From Eledone cirrhosa (taxonomy: Eukaryota): a DNA stretch of 64,000 bases. Below the pieces are notes generated by a model. The model had not been told where the DNA came from. It saw nothing but the letters and a program-made list of their open reading frames with translations, and did not search any database. Below are positions 25,791 to 38,959 of this stretch, in pieces. The stretch covers positions 49,228,001-49,292,000 of the forward strand of contig OZ024747.1 in NCBI GenBank assembly GCA_964016885.1, given 5' to 3'. The position numbers and the translations under genes are program-made. The first letter of the stretch is position 1. Each line of letters starts with the position of its first letter.

Positions 25791-26309
25791 ATATATATAT
25801 ATATATTGACTGATGTATGTGCTACACTTGCTAATCTGTTGGCTTCAGCTGCTTAATTCATAATATTTATGAACCATAGTAGTAATTAAGTATTTAGTGG
25901 TTGAGGGCATTAAATCAATTAGGAGAATAATATACAAAAAAATTATAGAAATAATAATATAAAAAAGAACACCCTCCCATTCCTATCAGTACAAGTATTA
26001 TTGCTATATTTATTATTCATCAAATTTACTTTAAGATGTTTGTAAAAGCAGTTTTGATATATTTATTGAAGATATTATTGGTGTTTTGCTGAACAATTTA
26101 GCTAAATATTTGTCTAGAAAATAAAAAAAATATGATTAATAATTTGTATAAAGAAAAACATGTTTCTTCTACATAATTTCTTGTTCCAAGTAATATTGTT
26201 TTAATTTGACGTTATAATTTAGCAGTTATGTACTCCATTACAATCACAACTACTGCTAATACTATAACTACTGCCAATACTACAACTACTGCTACTACCA
26301 ATACCACAA

Positions 26310-29300
26310 CTACTGCCAACATCATCACATCCACCTCCACTACAACCACTGTCAACACCAACATCACATCCACCTCCACTACAACCACTGTCAACACCAA
26401 CATCACAACGACCTCCACTACAACCACTGTCAACACCAACATCATCACAACCACCTCCACTACAACCACTGTCAACACCAACAACATCACAACCACCTCC
26501 ACTACAACCACTGTCAACACCAACATCACATCCACCTCCACTACAACCACTGTCAACACCAACATCACAACGACCTCCACTACAACCACTGTCAACACCA
26601 ACATCATCACAACCACCTCCACTACAACCACTGTCAACACCAACAACATCACAACCACCTCCACTACAACCACTGTCAACACCAACATCATCACATCCAC
26701 CTCCACTACAACCACTGTCAACACGAACATCACAACCACCTCCACTACAACCACTGTCAACACCAACATCACAACCACCTCCACTACAACCACTGTCAAC
26801 ACCAACATCATCACAACCACCTCCACTACAACCACTGTCAACACCAACAACATCACAACCACCTCCACTACAACCACTGTCAACACCAACAACATCACAA
26901 CCACCTCCACTACAACCACTGTCAACATCAACAACATCACAACCACCTCCACTACAACCACTGTCAACACCAACATCACAACCACCTCCACTACAACCAC
27001 TGTCAACACCAACAACATCACAACCACCTCCACTACAACCACTGTCAACACCAACAACATCACAACCACCTCCACTACAACCACTGTCAACACCAACATC
27101 ACAACCACCTCCACTACAACCACTGTCAACACCAACATCACAACCACCTCCACTACAACCACTGTCAACACCAACAACATCACAACCACCTCCACTACAA
27201 CCACTGTCAACATCAACAACATCACAACCACCTCCACTACAACCACTGTCAACACCAACAACATCACAACCAACTCCACTACAACCACTGTCAACACCAA
27301 CAACATCACAACCACCTCCACTACAACCACTGTCAACACCAACAACATCACAACCACCTCCACTACAACCACTGTCAACACCAACAACATCACAACCACC
27401 TCCACTACAACCACTGTCAACACCAACAACATCACAACCACCTCCACTACAACCACTGTCAACACCAACAACATCACAACCACCTCCAGTACAACCACTG
27501 TCAACACCAACAACATCACAACCACCTCCACTACAACCACTGTCAACACCAACGACATCACAACCACCTCCACTACAACCACTGTCAACACCAACAACAT
27601 CACAACCACCTCCACTACAACCACAGTCAACACCAACATCACAACCACCTCCACTACAACCACTGTCAACACCAACAACATCTCAACCACCTCCACTACA
27701 ACCAGTCAACACCAACAACATCACAACCACCTCCACTACAACCACTGTCAACACCAACATCACAACCACCTCCACTACAACCACTGTCAACACCAACAAC
27801 ATCACAACCACCTCCACTACAACCACTGTCAACACCAACAACATCACAACCACCTCCACTACAACCACTGTCAACACCAACATCACAACCACCTCCACTA
27901 CAACCACTGTCAACACCAACAACATCACAACCACCTCCACTACAACCACTGTCAACACCAACAACATCACAACCACCTCCACTACAACCACTGTCAACAC
28001 CAACAACATCACAACCACCTCCACTACAACCACTGTCAACACCACCAACATCACAACCACCTCCACTACAACCACTGTCAACACCAACAACATCACAACC
28101 ACCTCCACTACAACCACTGTCAACACCAACAACATCACAACCACCTCCACTACAACCACTGTCAACACCAACATCATCACAACCACCTCCACTACAACCA
28201 CTGTCAACACCACCAACATCACAACCACCTCCACTACAACCACTGTCAACACCAACAACATCACAACCACCTCCACTACAACCACTGTCAACACCAACAA
28301 CATCACAACCACCTCCACTACAACCACTGTCAACACCACCAACATCACAACCACCTCCACTACAACCACTGTCAACACCACCAACATCACAACCACCTCC
28401 ACTACAACCACTGTCAACACCAACAACATCACAACCACCTCCACTACAACCACTGTCAACACCAACATCATCACAACCACCTCCACTACAACCACTGTCA
28501 ACACCACCAACATCACAACCACCTCCACTACAACCACTGTCAACACCAACAACATCACAACCACCTCCACTACAACCACTGTCAACACCAACAACATCAC
28601 AACCACCTCCACTACAACCACTGTCAACACCAACATCATCACAACCACCTCCACTACAACCACTGTCAACACCACCAACATCACAACCACCTCCACTACA
28701 ACCACTGTCAACACCAACAACATCACAACCACCTCCACTACAACCACTGTCAACACCAACAACATCACAACCACCTCCACTACAACCACTGTCAACACCA
28801 CCAACATCACAACCACCTCCACTACAACCACTGTCAACACCAACAACATCACAACCACCTCCACTACAACCACTGTCAACACCAACAACATCACAACCAC
28901 CTCCACTACAACCACTGTCAACACCAACATCATCACAACCACCTCCACTACAACCACTGTCAACACCACCAACATCACAACCACCTCCACTACAACCACT
29001 GTCAACACCAACAACACCACAACCACCTCCACTACAACCACTGTCAACATCAACAACATCACAACCACCTCCACTACAACCACTGTCAACACCAACAACA
29101 TCACATCCACCTCCACTACAACCACTGTCAACACCAACATCACAACCACCTCCACTACAACCACTGTCAACACCAACAACATCACAACCACCTCCACTAC
29201 AACCACTGTCAACACCACCAACATCACAACCACCTCCACTACAACCACTGTCAACACCAACAACATCACAACCACCTCCACTACAACCACTGTCAACACC

Positions 29301-29975
29301 AACAACATCTCAACCACCTCCACTACAACCACTGTCAACACCAACATCACAACCACCTCCACTACAACCACTGTCAACACCAACAACATCACAACCACCT
29401 CCACTACAACCACTGTCAACACCAACAACATCACAACCACCTCCACTACAACCACTGTCAACACCAACAACATCACAACCACCTCCACTACAACCACTGT
29501 CAACATCAACAACATCACAACCACCTCCACTACAACCACTGTCAACACCAACATCACAACCACCTCCACTACAACCACTGTCAACACCAACATCACAACC
29601 ACCTCCACTACAACCACTGTTAACACCAACAACATCACATCCACCTCCACTACAACCACTGTCAACACCAACATCACAACCACCTCCACTACAACCACTG
29701 TCAACACCAACAACATCACAACCACCTCCACTACAACCACTGTCAAACCAACAACATCACAACCACCTCCACTACAACCTCTGTCAACATCAACAACATC
29801 ACAACCACCTCCACTACAACCACTGTCAACACCAACAACATCACAACCACCTCCACTACAACCACTGTTAACACCAACATCACAACCACCTCCACTACAA
29901 CCACTGTCAACACCAACAACATCACATCCACCTCCACTACAACCTCTGTCAACACCAACATCATCACAACCACCA
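26310..29975. repeat. 39/42-bp C/A-rich minisatellite, about 3.7 kb
   Basis: Unit ACC(AAC)AACATCACAACCACCTCCACTACAACCACTGTCAAC. Confidence 0.97.
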
Positions 29976-30152
29976 TAAGCACTACCAAGGTCAACACCAA
30001 AAATATGAAGTCTGCCACCACCACCACTACAAACAACAATAACAAAAATACAGCAACCATGACCACCACACCCACCAATAACAAAACCAAGACCACCTTA
30101 ACACCACCATCATCACCATAACCAACATCAAAATCAACACTACCATATATAT

Positions 30153-30500
30153 ATCATCATCATCATCATCATTTCATTTTACGTCCGCTTGTTCCCTGCT
30201 TGCAAGGGTGGGACGGGAACTGATTCTGGCTTGATTTCTACAGCTAGATGCCCTTCCTAACACCAACCTCATTGACAGTGAGTGCTGGGTGCTTTTTGCC
30301 ATGGCACCTCCACGACCACTTTGCAGTGGAATGATAGGGACCCCAATCCTATCATCTCATTTCTATAGCTGAGTAAAATGGAGCAATGTGAAATAAAATG
30401 TCTTGCTCAAGGAAACAACACATCACCCGGTCTGAGAATTGAACTCACAACCTTTCGATTGCAAGGCCAATGCTCTCACCACTAAGCCATGTGCCTCCAC
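30153..30500 (-). mobile_element. SINE family A, full length
   Basis: tRNA head, CORE, RTE 3'-UTR-like segment and (ATG)n tail. Confidence 0.9.
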
Positions 30501-30517
30501 TATATATATATATATAT

Positions 30518-30672
30518 ATAAGATATATTTTCTTTTGGTCGTTTTGGAAGCCTCAACAATGCAGATGGGTAATTCTCCGGGTAACAAGATCACCACCGGA
30601 TCTTGTTACCCGGAGAATTACCCATCTGCATTGTTGAGGCTTCCAAAATGATCAAAAGAAAATATATCTTAT
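30518..30672. repeat. 155-bp palindrome with 7-nt loop, in (TA)n
   Basis: 74-bp arms around ACCACCG; the few mismatches are transitions. Confidence 0.9.
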
Positions 30673-30918
30673 TATTCCACAATGCTTCAAGCAAACTTCA
30701 ATACTCTCTTTTATATATATATATATATGTAGATAAATCTACCAAAAATTTACGGTAGTGTCCAATCCGTATGAAGAACTCAATGTAATCCGGATATCAT
30801 GAAAAGAGAAGATGCATTCAAAAACTATTTTCGGTGAAAATTAACGGAAAACAGAGTCAAGATAAATTAATAAAGTAATGAATAAACAAAGAAACAGTTC
30901 CTTATATTAAAAAAATTC

Positions 30919-31058
30919 ATCATTTTACGATCGTTTCTAGGATATATATGTGTGTTAGTGTTGGTATGCATATTCTATAGATCTATGTAAAATATTTATA
31001 CAAACTATCAGAGGGAATATACATACCTACACATATATATGCTGTCTTCAGAAATAAT
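30919..31058 (-). ncRNA. Type I hammerhead ribozyme with about 105-nt stem II domain
   Basis: Minus strand: attattt-CTGAAGA-CAGCATATATATGTGT...ACACATATATATCCTA-GAAA-CGATCG-TA-aaatgat. Confidence 0.7.
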
Positions 31059-31395
31059 TGTTTCTACTTTAGGCACAAGGCCAGCAATTACCCAGTGCAT
31101 TACTGGTACTTTATTTTATCGACCCCGTAAGGATGAAAGGCAAAGTCAACCTCGGCGGGATTTGAACTCAGATCATAAAGGGACGTAACTATGCTGTCTT
31201 CAGAAATAATTGTTTCTACTTTAGGCACAAGGCCAGCAAATTACCCAGTGCATTACTGGTACTTTATTTTATCGACCCCGTAAGGATGAAAGGCAAAGTC
31301 AACCTCGGCGGGATTTGAACTCAGATCGTAAAGGGACGTAACTATGCTGGAAAGCATGGCGTCCGACTCTCTACCGATACTGCCAATCCACCGCC
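31053..31395 (-). mobile_element. SINE family B with partial tandem duplication
   Basis: Truncated copy 31053-31196 plus full copy 31205-31395; flank ATGCTGTCTTCAGAAATAAT duplicated. Confidence 0.88.
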
Positions 31396-31414
31396 TATAT
31401 ATATAGTAATAATA

Positions 31415-31455
<41 letters not shown>

Positions 31456-32339
31456 AACCAGCGTTCGTTGCCATTCTCTCTCTATCTGAATATCTAACAC
31501 TTTAATTGTACTTCTCTCTGTTATTTGTTTATTGAAAAAAACAAAGATTTAATACAATAGGTCTGTTTGGGAACAGGTTTTGAATTGACCAATTGAAAGA
31601 TAGTGAAGGTCAAGATAGTAATCTAGTAGTAAAAGAACCTTAATTTATGGGTAGAGGAAGGTAGATTTCAGTTTTGGATGGAAAAGAATATTATGAATGA
31701 AAGATTATTTTAGGGATGAAAATAGGTCGCATGCTGACCTCAGAAATAATTATATTTGTTCATTGAATAAAACCAACAAAGATTTGATATAGTCTGTCTG
31801 TTTGGTAACAGGTTTAGAATTAACCCATAGAAAGTTAATAATTGGCCAAATGGTAAAATAGTAGTAATTGAAGTTTATTTTAGGGTTAGATGAAGGTAGA
31901 TTTCAGTTTTGAATGTAGTGTGAACAATGAGAAGGTTATTTTAGGGGTGAAAATAGGTCAGGTCAGTAAAAGGTATACGAACAGTTGCTGTTATACAATA
32001 GTAATGCCAATGCAAATATCTAAGGAGACTAATATTTTACGATAAGAGTGTTAGTTAAAAAAATACATCCATGAAAAGAATATAAATTAATTTAATTGAT
32101 GGGTATATTTATATTGATAAAATTATACTAATGCATATAGATATGATAAATAAGAGTTAGATGTAGTTGAAGAATGCTGTTAAAGATGAGGGGAAATTAA
32201 AAGAATATAAAAATAATATATATATATATATATACATACATATACACACACACATATATACATATATATATATACACATATATATACACATATACATATA
32301 TACACATACATATAATTATTGGGGGGGGGGGTTAAATTT

Positions 32340-33992
32340 ATAATAAATATATAGAGATTTCAAGGAACATAGAGTCATAACCTGAAATTAAAGCATTATA
32401 TATGTTTACTTAATTGTATCAGTTTTAGGAAATGATAGTTGTAAGAAGGAAAGTAAAATTATGTAGTTCATCAGTAGTAGAATATTAATTATAGGTTAAC
32501 TAAATTAAAAACAGTTTATATATTAATTTCTAAGATGTATATTAATTAGGTTTATAATATTTAAAGGTTTTTCTCAGTTTGTGATTACACGATATTATTA
32601 ATTGGATTGGCAGTATCGGTAGAGGGTCGGACGCCATGCTTTCCAGCATAGTTACGTCCCTTTACGATCTGAGTTCAAATCCCGCCGAGGTTGACTTTGC
32701 CTTTCATCCTTACGGGGTCGATAAAATAAAGTACCAGTAATGCACTGGGTAATTGCTGGCCTTGTGCCTAAAGTAGAAACAATTATTAATTCCTGTCGCT
32801 TATTTAATAGGATATCCTTAGATTTCATTATTTCAAAAAGTTCTTGGGAACATAATCTACATTCATATCTATTATTTTGATAAGGGGTGGCCCTTTTGAG
32901 CACACTCCAGGTCAGGTCATAATCTATATTCCTCTTTCTATAATTATTAATTATTTCAGCTAAAGATGTTGTATTAGCTAGTGCGGCATTTTTAAAGCTA
33001 TGTTTGTGGGTATTAAATCTTACCTTAAATTTGTTAGAGGTAGCTCCTATATATGAATAAATTGAGTCTTTAGTGTTAACTTTACATTTATATACTATGT
33101 TATTAACAAGGCAATTTCCTTTTAATGGGCAGTTTGCCTTGTTTCTACAGTTACAACTTTTCGTGAATCCTGTATCCGAGGAGATATTATGGTTAGTTTG
33201 ATGTACTGGTGGTATACTCATGGTTTTTTTACACTTATATGCATTGTAGGCACTTATATTTTGTTTTATGTTTTTGGTTGTTGAGAAGGAGAATTTAACC
33301 GTTGATCTATTTAAAATTTGATGGTATTTGTGGTTTGGAGGGAAGTTCTTCTCTAGGATATTAAAGAATTTTTTAGGTATATTATCCTTAATTTGTAAAT
33401 TAAATGGAGCATTATACCAAGTAACTCGTCTATTACGGTTTCTATGTCGTTTATTGTTTTTATAGGATGTATCCTGATGTTTATTAAGAGAATTATTGTT
33501 CACCACACACATTTTTAGTTAGATTTATTGATTTAGGTGTTTTAGCTTGTTTATTAGGAGTTTTATTATTACCATTTATTAGAGTTGTAGGATGAGTGGT
33601 TTTTTGAGAGTTACTATATTGTATATTAGAAGAGTTAGAGAAATTTGGTTTTATGTTGGTATTTTGGGGTATAGTGTGAGTGGCATTTAGGTGTGTATGT
33701 TTCATTTGGTGTTTGTTGGTAATATTAGGTTGTGTGTTTGTAGTGTTATTGGTACAAGGTATATATACTAATTTATTTTTGTGGCCACTTCTAGCTAGAG
33801 CTTCGTTATAAAAGGTCGCATTTTTATCAAATACATCTTGGTTAGATGAAAGGTTAGAAATTCTAAGTGATATATTATATGCAAGGTTTTTAAGGATAGA
33901 TTTAGGGTGATTAGATTGTGAGTGTATGTAGTGTAAATTTTGGTTAGGTTTATGGTAAGGTTGGTAGATACCCGTAGATAAGTCTAATGTTA
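32340..33992 (-). mobile_element. Penelope-like element 3' half (RT thumb, linker, GIY-YIG), interrupted by a SINE at 32603-32787
   Basis: SNHPKSI; RRVTWYNAPF; CNCRNKANCPLKGNC; NIVYKCKV..YIGATSNKFKVRFNTHKHSF; CRLC; LLNKRQEL. Confidence 0.9.
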
Positions 33993-34199
33993 TATATATA
34001 TATTTATTAAAATAACAGATTAAAGTTTAAGCAAAGAATCGCTGCTTTCACCCTTAACGGGATCTTCTGAAACTAACAAAGTCAATCTGTGAACGCAGAA
34101 GTGGATATTTCAAAAAACGTTGCAACCGGAGGAAGACAGGAAGACGATACTTTGGTTCGTGGAAACATTCCCTGGCATAGAACGGGAAAAAACGAATAT

Positions 34200-34232
<33 letters not shown>

Positions 34233-34286
34233 CAGAAAAAATGAGGAAGTTTTGTTTATATATAAAAAAATATTTATTGTGTATCG

Positions 34287-34378
34287 ACCTGCTACGCATG
34301 TTTCGCAGAAGATTGGCTCAAGGTGACGCATATGAGTTATGGACCTGACTCTAGTATCGATCTGCTCCTCAGATTGGT
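34287..34378 (-). ncRNA. Hammerhead ribozyme core with long stem II, weak stem I
   Basis: Minus strand: CTGAGGA-GCAGA...TCTGC-GAAA-CATGCG-TA. Confidence 0.55.
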
Positions 34379-35002
34379 GATGTGACAAAAGATATATTTT
34401 GTTGTGGTGTGTGGACTGAGAAGGTATATATATATATATATATATTCTCTCGTTCACGATTCCACCGAATTTATATTCATAGAAATCTGGGACTTGTTTC
34501 TTTCTTCATCACTTTCTGCTGCTTAAACCATTTTGTTTGTTTACCCTAGCGTCCCCTTTATTTACGTGTCCCAATGACTTTTTTTAGCCGTTGCTCGCAC
34601 CAACCTGAGGTATATGGCCTTTAATGCGACGAAATGCCTACGACGGTTGGAAGGCCACTGATGAAGGACAAACTTTTTCATATGTAACCCATTTGCAGCG
34701 CCGCAGCTCCATTATTATCATATTTACACATATATTTTTTCCTCCGCTGCCACCAGTCTGTTTCGTTCTTTGTATCTTTACCCTTTCTTCCCGTTTGACC
34801 TGTCCGTAATCCTTTTCTCGCGGGCACTTGGCCAAGCCGGTATGAATTTTTTTTCTCTCTCTCTCTCTCGTCTGCGACTTCACAGAACTTATGTTTACCG
34901 AATTCGCAGACCAGACCCCTTCTTCCTCCCGTTAGACCTGTGCGAAATTCCTTCCTTGCTCACATTTCAACCAGGTTTGATGGTCTTTATTCTTATCATA
35001 TT

Positions 35003-35036
<34 letters not shown>

Positions 35037-35415
35037 CATTGGCTCTATTTTTTTGTGTGTGGGTGTATGTGTATATTTTGGTATAATTGGTGTGGTGGCA
35101 ATGCGGGTGTGTATTCACCGGTATTTATGTGCATATGTATGTGTATATATATAAAGAAACGCGTTAATGTTAAGTAAATCTCACCATAACAAACAAGATA
35201 AATAAATTCATGAATATTATTCTACATGCAACAAAATATGCTCAAAACTAATTCTTTAAGGTTCTACTTAGTGACAAAGGCCTAGAGAATTCTATAGACC
35301 AGTTCAAAATATTGAGTGCATATCATACCATTATCTTCAAATTTCTCTTAAACTATATTCCAAAAGTCAACAGACGCATTCACAAACACACACACTCACA
35401 CACTCGCGCGCACCT

Positions 35416-35458
<43 letters not shown>

Positions 35459-35537
35459 TACATATACACATATATATACACACACATATATATATATATA
35501 CACACATATATATATATATACACACATATATATATAT

Positions 35538-36096
35538 ATGAAAGTCGATAGCTGTATTACAAAGTGCAGGGCAATAAAGATAGACGGTAGCCACGGAATA
35601 GGCAGACCTAGAAAAACATGGGATGAGCTGATAAACTCCGACCTCATACACTTACACCTCTCCAAGACAATGTCACTGGACCGTGACCTTTGGCGGTACT
35701 CAGTAACAGAGAAGACCCGCCTTGCCAGTAGGCATCTCTAACAAACTACACCCCGTCCCGCCACCACCCCCACCCCATCCACACCACCCCGTTCCATGTA
35801 AAGTTATGTTGGTGCCGCGCCATCCAGGCCGAAACAAACGAGATCGTGTAGGTGTCACGACAAAAAAACACACAGTCCACGCTGTAATGTGGCCGTGTAG
35901 GCAACACGGTAAAAACCTCCCAGACCCACACTGTAAATGTGGTTGGTGTTAGGAAGGGCATCCAACTGTAGAAAACCTGCCAGACAGTCCTATGCGAGCA
36001 AGACAATCACTCTTGCCTCAAGTGGGACTACCCCCGTCCAAACCCATGCAAGCGTGGAACACGGACGTTAAACGTTGATGATGATGATGATGATGA
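35538..36096 (+). mobile_element. Short 3' RTE copy (same subfamily as 24478-25790)
   Basis: [20 protein letters not shown] plus matching 3' UTR and tail; in (TA)n. Confidence 0.9.
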
Positions 36097-36175
36097 TATA
36101 TATATACACATATATATATATATTTATATATACACATATATATATATATATATACACACATATTTTTTGATACCC

Positions 36176-36226
36176 AGATTCCTGATGATTTCTAAAGAAT
36201 GAAACAGTTCTAGTCCTGTAGAATCT
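36176..36226 (+). ncRNA. Compact type I hammerhead ribozyme isolated between (TA)n tracts
   Basis: agattc-CTGATGA-TTTCTAAAGAAT-GAAA-CAG ttctagtc CTG-TA-gaatct; perfect 6-bp stem I. Confidence 0.82.
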
Positions 36227-36238
36227 CATTTATATTAA

Positions 36239-36324
<86 letters not shown>

Positions 36325-36326
<2 letters not shown>

Positions 36327-36550
36327 TGCACATGGAGGATGACCGCTGGGTAAAGAAGTGCCAAGAAATCCAAGTAGAAGGAAGACGCAGTAGAGGTAGA
36401 CCATGTAAAACATGGACGGAGGTGGTGAGAGCAGACCTCAGATCGCTGAGACTCACCGAGGAGATGACGAAGGACCGTGACAAGTGGAGAGATGCTGTGT
36501 TTAATACCTTTGCAAGCAGGGAAAAGCGGATGTAAAATGATGATGATGAT
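36325..36550 (+). mobile_element. Short 3' RTE copy (family of 55423-56180)
   Basis: MEDDRWVKKCQEIQVEGRR..TW; TTGCAAGCAGGGAAAAGCGG tail. Confidence 0.85.
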
Positions 36551-36669
36551 ATATATATATATGGTGGTGTGCTTTATATCTATATATATACATAGCTATA
36601 AAGAACACTTGCACATATATATCATACATGCATCAACAATCAATTGTACACAGCCTTTATCTATAAAAA

Positions 36670-37350
36670 TGCCACACACACACCAACAACACCATCAACA
36701 ACATCAACAACACCAACAACATCAACAACACCAACAACACCACCACCAACACCACCACCAACACCATCCATACCAATAAAACCAACACCACCACCAACAC
36801 CACCACCACCACCAACAAGACCACCACCACCAACACCACCACCACCAACAACCACACCAACACACCACCACCACCAACACCACCAACAACAACACACCAC
36901 TAACAACACCAACACCACCAACAACAACAACACCAACACCACCCATACCACATACCACCACCAATAACAACAACACCCACACCACCAACAACACCACCAC
37001 CAGCAACAACAATAACACCAACACCTCCAACAACACCAACACCAAGAACACCAAGAACAACAACACCAACAACAACAACACCAATAACAACAACACCAAT
37101 AACGACAACATCACCAGCAACAACAACACCATCACCACCACCACCAGCAACAACAACAACACCACCACCAACAACACCACCAACAACACCACCCATATCA
37201 CACACCACCACCCATTCCACCACCAGCAACAATAACAACACCACCAACAAACACTAACACTTCCATCACCACCCATACTACACACCACCACCACCCATTC
37301 CACACATCACCACCACCACCTACACCACCACCACCTGCAACAATAACAAC
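36670..37350. repeat. Degenerate (CAC/CAA)n low-complexity tract
   Basis: Trinucleotide-like composition. Confidence 0.9.
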
Positions 37351-37554
37351 AGGAAGTAATACATATTAAACAGTGAACACAGACAGTAGAAGTCATTTAG
37401 TTTGAGAGTCTATATTTTGGTAGTGTGAATTTATAAATGAATGAACCTCTCGCAGAGATTAGTAAAGCTGATAAAACACACATACAAATGTCATCTGAGC
37501 AACTATTGTTGACACCCCAAATGTCACATCAGTGCTACTGCTAGATATCAATGG

Positions 37555-37905
37555 CCTGACTTGACTCAGACTCAGAAGCTCCCGCATCTTGCAACGCATG
37601 AGGCAATCATAGTGTTCCATCGCGTTCGGTCAGCAGCCACTTGCACAGCGTCCCGCCATTGTCTGTTTGTCGCTCGTAGGTCCCTCTCAACTGTCTGGCG
37701 CCAGTTCATTTTGGGTCGCCCTCTCTGTCTGCTTCCCTGCGGGCGCCATTTAAGTACTTGGTTTGCCAGTCTCTCCGGGGGAAGTCTCAAAGCGTGCCCA
37801 AACCAGCCCAGGCATCGCTTGCAGATGGCAGAAGAGACTAGCTGCTGGTTGGTGCGGTTCCTGACTTCCTGGTTATCAACAGCAGTAAAATCCTTTACCT
37901 GAGAG
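37555..37905 (-). mobile_element. LINE 3' fragment (RTE/RTEX-like)
   Basis: RWLGHA.RLPPERLANQVLKWRPQGSRQRGRPKMNWRQTV; (CTGAGT) tail. Confidence 0.75.
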
Positions 37906-38165
37906 ACCTAGCCATAAGCAATATACATGACACTAACTGAAATGTAGCTGAGAGCTAGTTAAGCAGATGTAGAAATACGTTCTGAGTTCAAATCCTGCTA
38001 CGGTTAACTTTGCCTTTCATCCTTACAGGGTCGATGAAATAAAGCACCAGTAATGCACTGGGTATTTGTCGGCCTTGTGCCAAAAGTAGAAACAATTTTA
38101 TACTGACAAGAGGGAAAGAATTCCCAGTGGAGTGGTTTTGTACATCTGTGAAGATGTGACATAAT

Positions 38166-38470
38166 CTGTGACACAAATACTACAAGATGTCACACAGTCT
38201 GTAACACACTAATATTACAAGATGTCACACAGTCTGTAACACACTAATAGTACAAGATGTCACACAGTCTGTGACACACTAATATTACAAGATGTCACAC
38301 AGTCTGTGACGCACTAATACTACAAGATGTTACACAGTCTGTAACACACTAATAGTACAAGATGTCACAGTCTGTGATGCTAATAGTACAGGATGTCACA
38401 CAGTCTGTGACACACTAATGAGACAAGATATGACACTAATAGTACAGGATGTTACACAGTCTGTGACAAT
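38166..38470. repeat. 35-bp minisatellite
   Basis: CTGTRACACACTAATADTACAAGATGTCACACAGT repeated about 8 times. Confidence 0.9.
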
Positions 38471-38959
38471 AATAGTAGACATAAAGACCCTAGACGAACC
38501 CACAAAGTGTGACAAAGTACAAACAAGAACTGCAATGAGAGATTCCTTTTTACATCAATGGACAACCAAGGAAGGCTGACTATAGAAAGTGTAGCAACAA
38601 TGGCAGTTCCCCAGCATGGCCTCAGTCAGCTAGCAGTAGTAGTGATTGTGGTGTTTAACTAACATGAAAATAAGATGTATAACAAGGTATCCATTCATTC
38701 ACATAAGGAGAGAATGTATAAGAAAATGTTCCTTTATATAAGAAATGTATCATGTAAGAATGTAATATGTAAGAAAGTTTCCCTTCATATAGAGAGTGTA
38801 ATATGTAATTCAATGACACCCATAACTCACATCATATACCAACAACAAGAAAACCTTCTACTTGTTATTCTAAGTTAATAGTAAGAGTATGAGTGAAATA
38901 AACGCTTTCTAATCAGGGAAAGGTTAGGGTTGGCTGTCTATGGAGACTTCTCTGTGCTG

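Noticed and set aside
26030-26115. Minus-strand second exon candidate after a strong acceptor
   Set aside because: All three frames contain a stop before the putative donor.
26212-29746. 1131-aa Thr/His-rich and Val-rich antisense ORFs as genes
   Set aside because: Open frames arise from a stop-poor minisatellite; the frame switches mid-array and there is no domain.
32652-32787. C-terminal extension of the GIY-YIG ORF
   Set aside because: Read-through into an antisense SINE B insertion.
34036-34075. Hammerhead-like CAGAAGA-TCCC/GGGT-GAAA on minus (also near 40620)
   Set aside because: Core U4 and the UH triplet are missing in both copies.
34655-34700. CTGATGA start of a hammerhead
   Set aside because: No matching stem II/GAAA half could be located.
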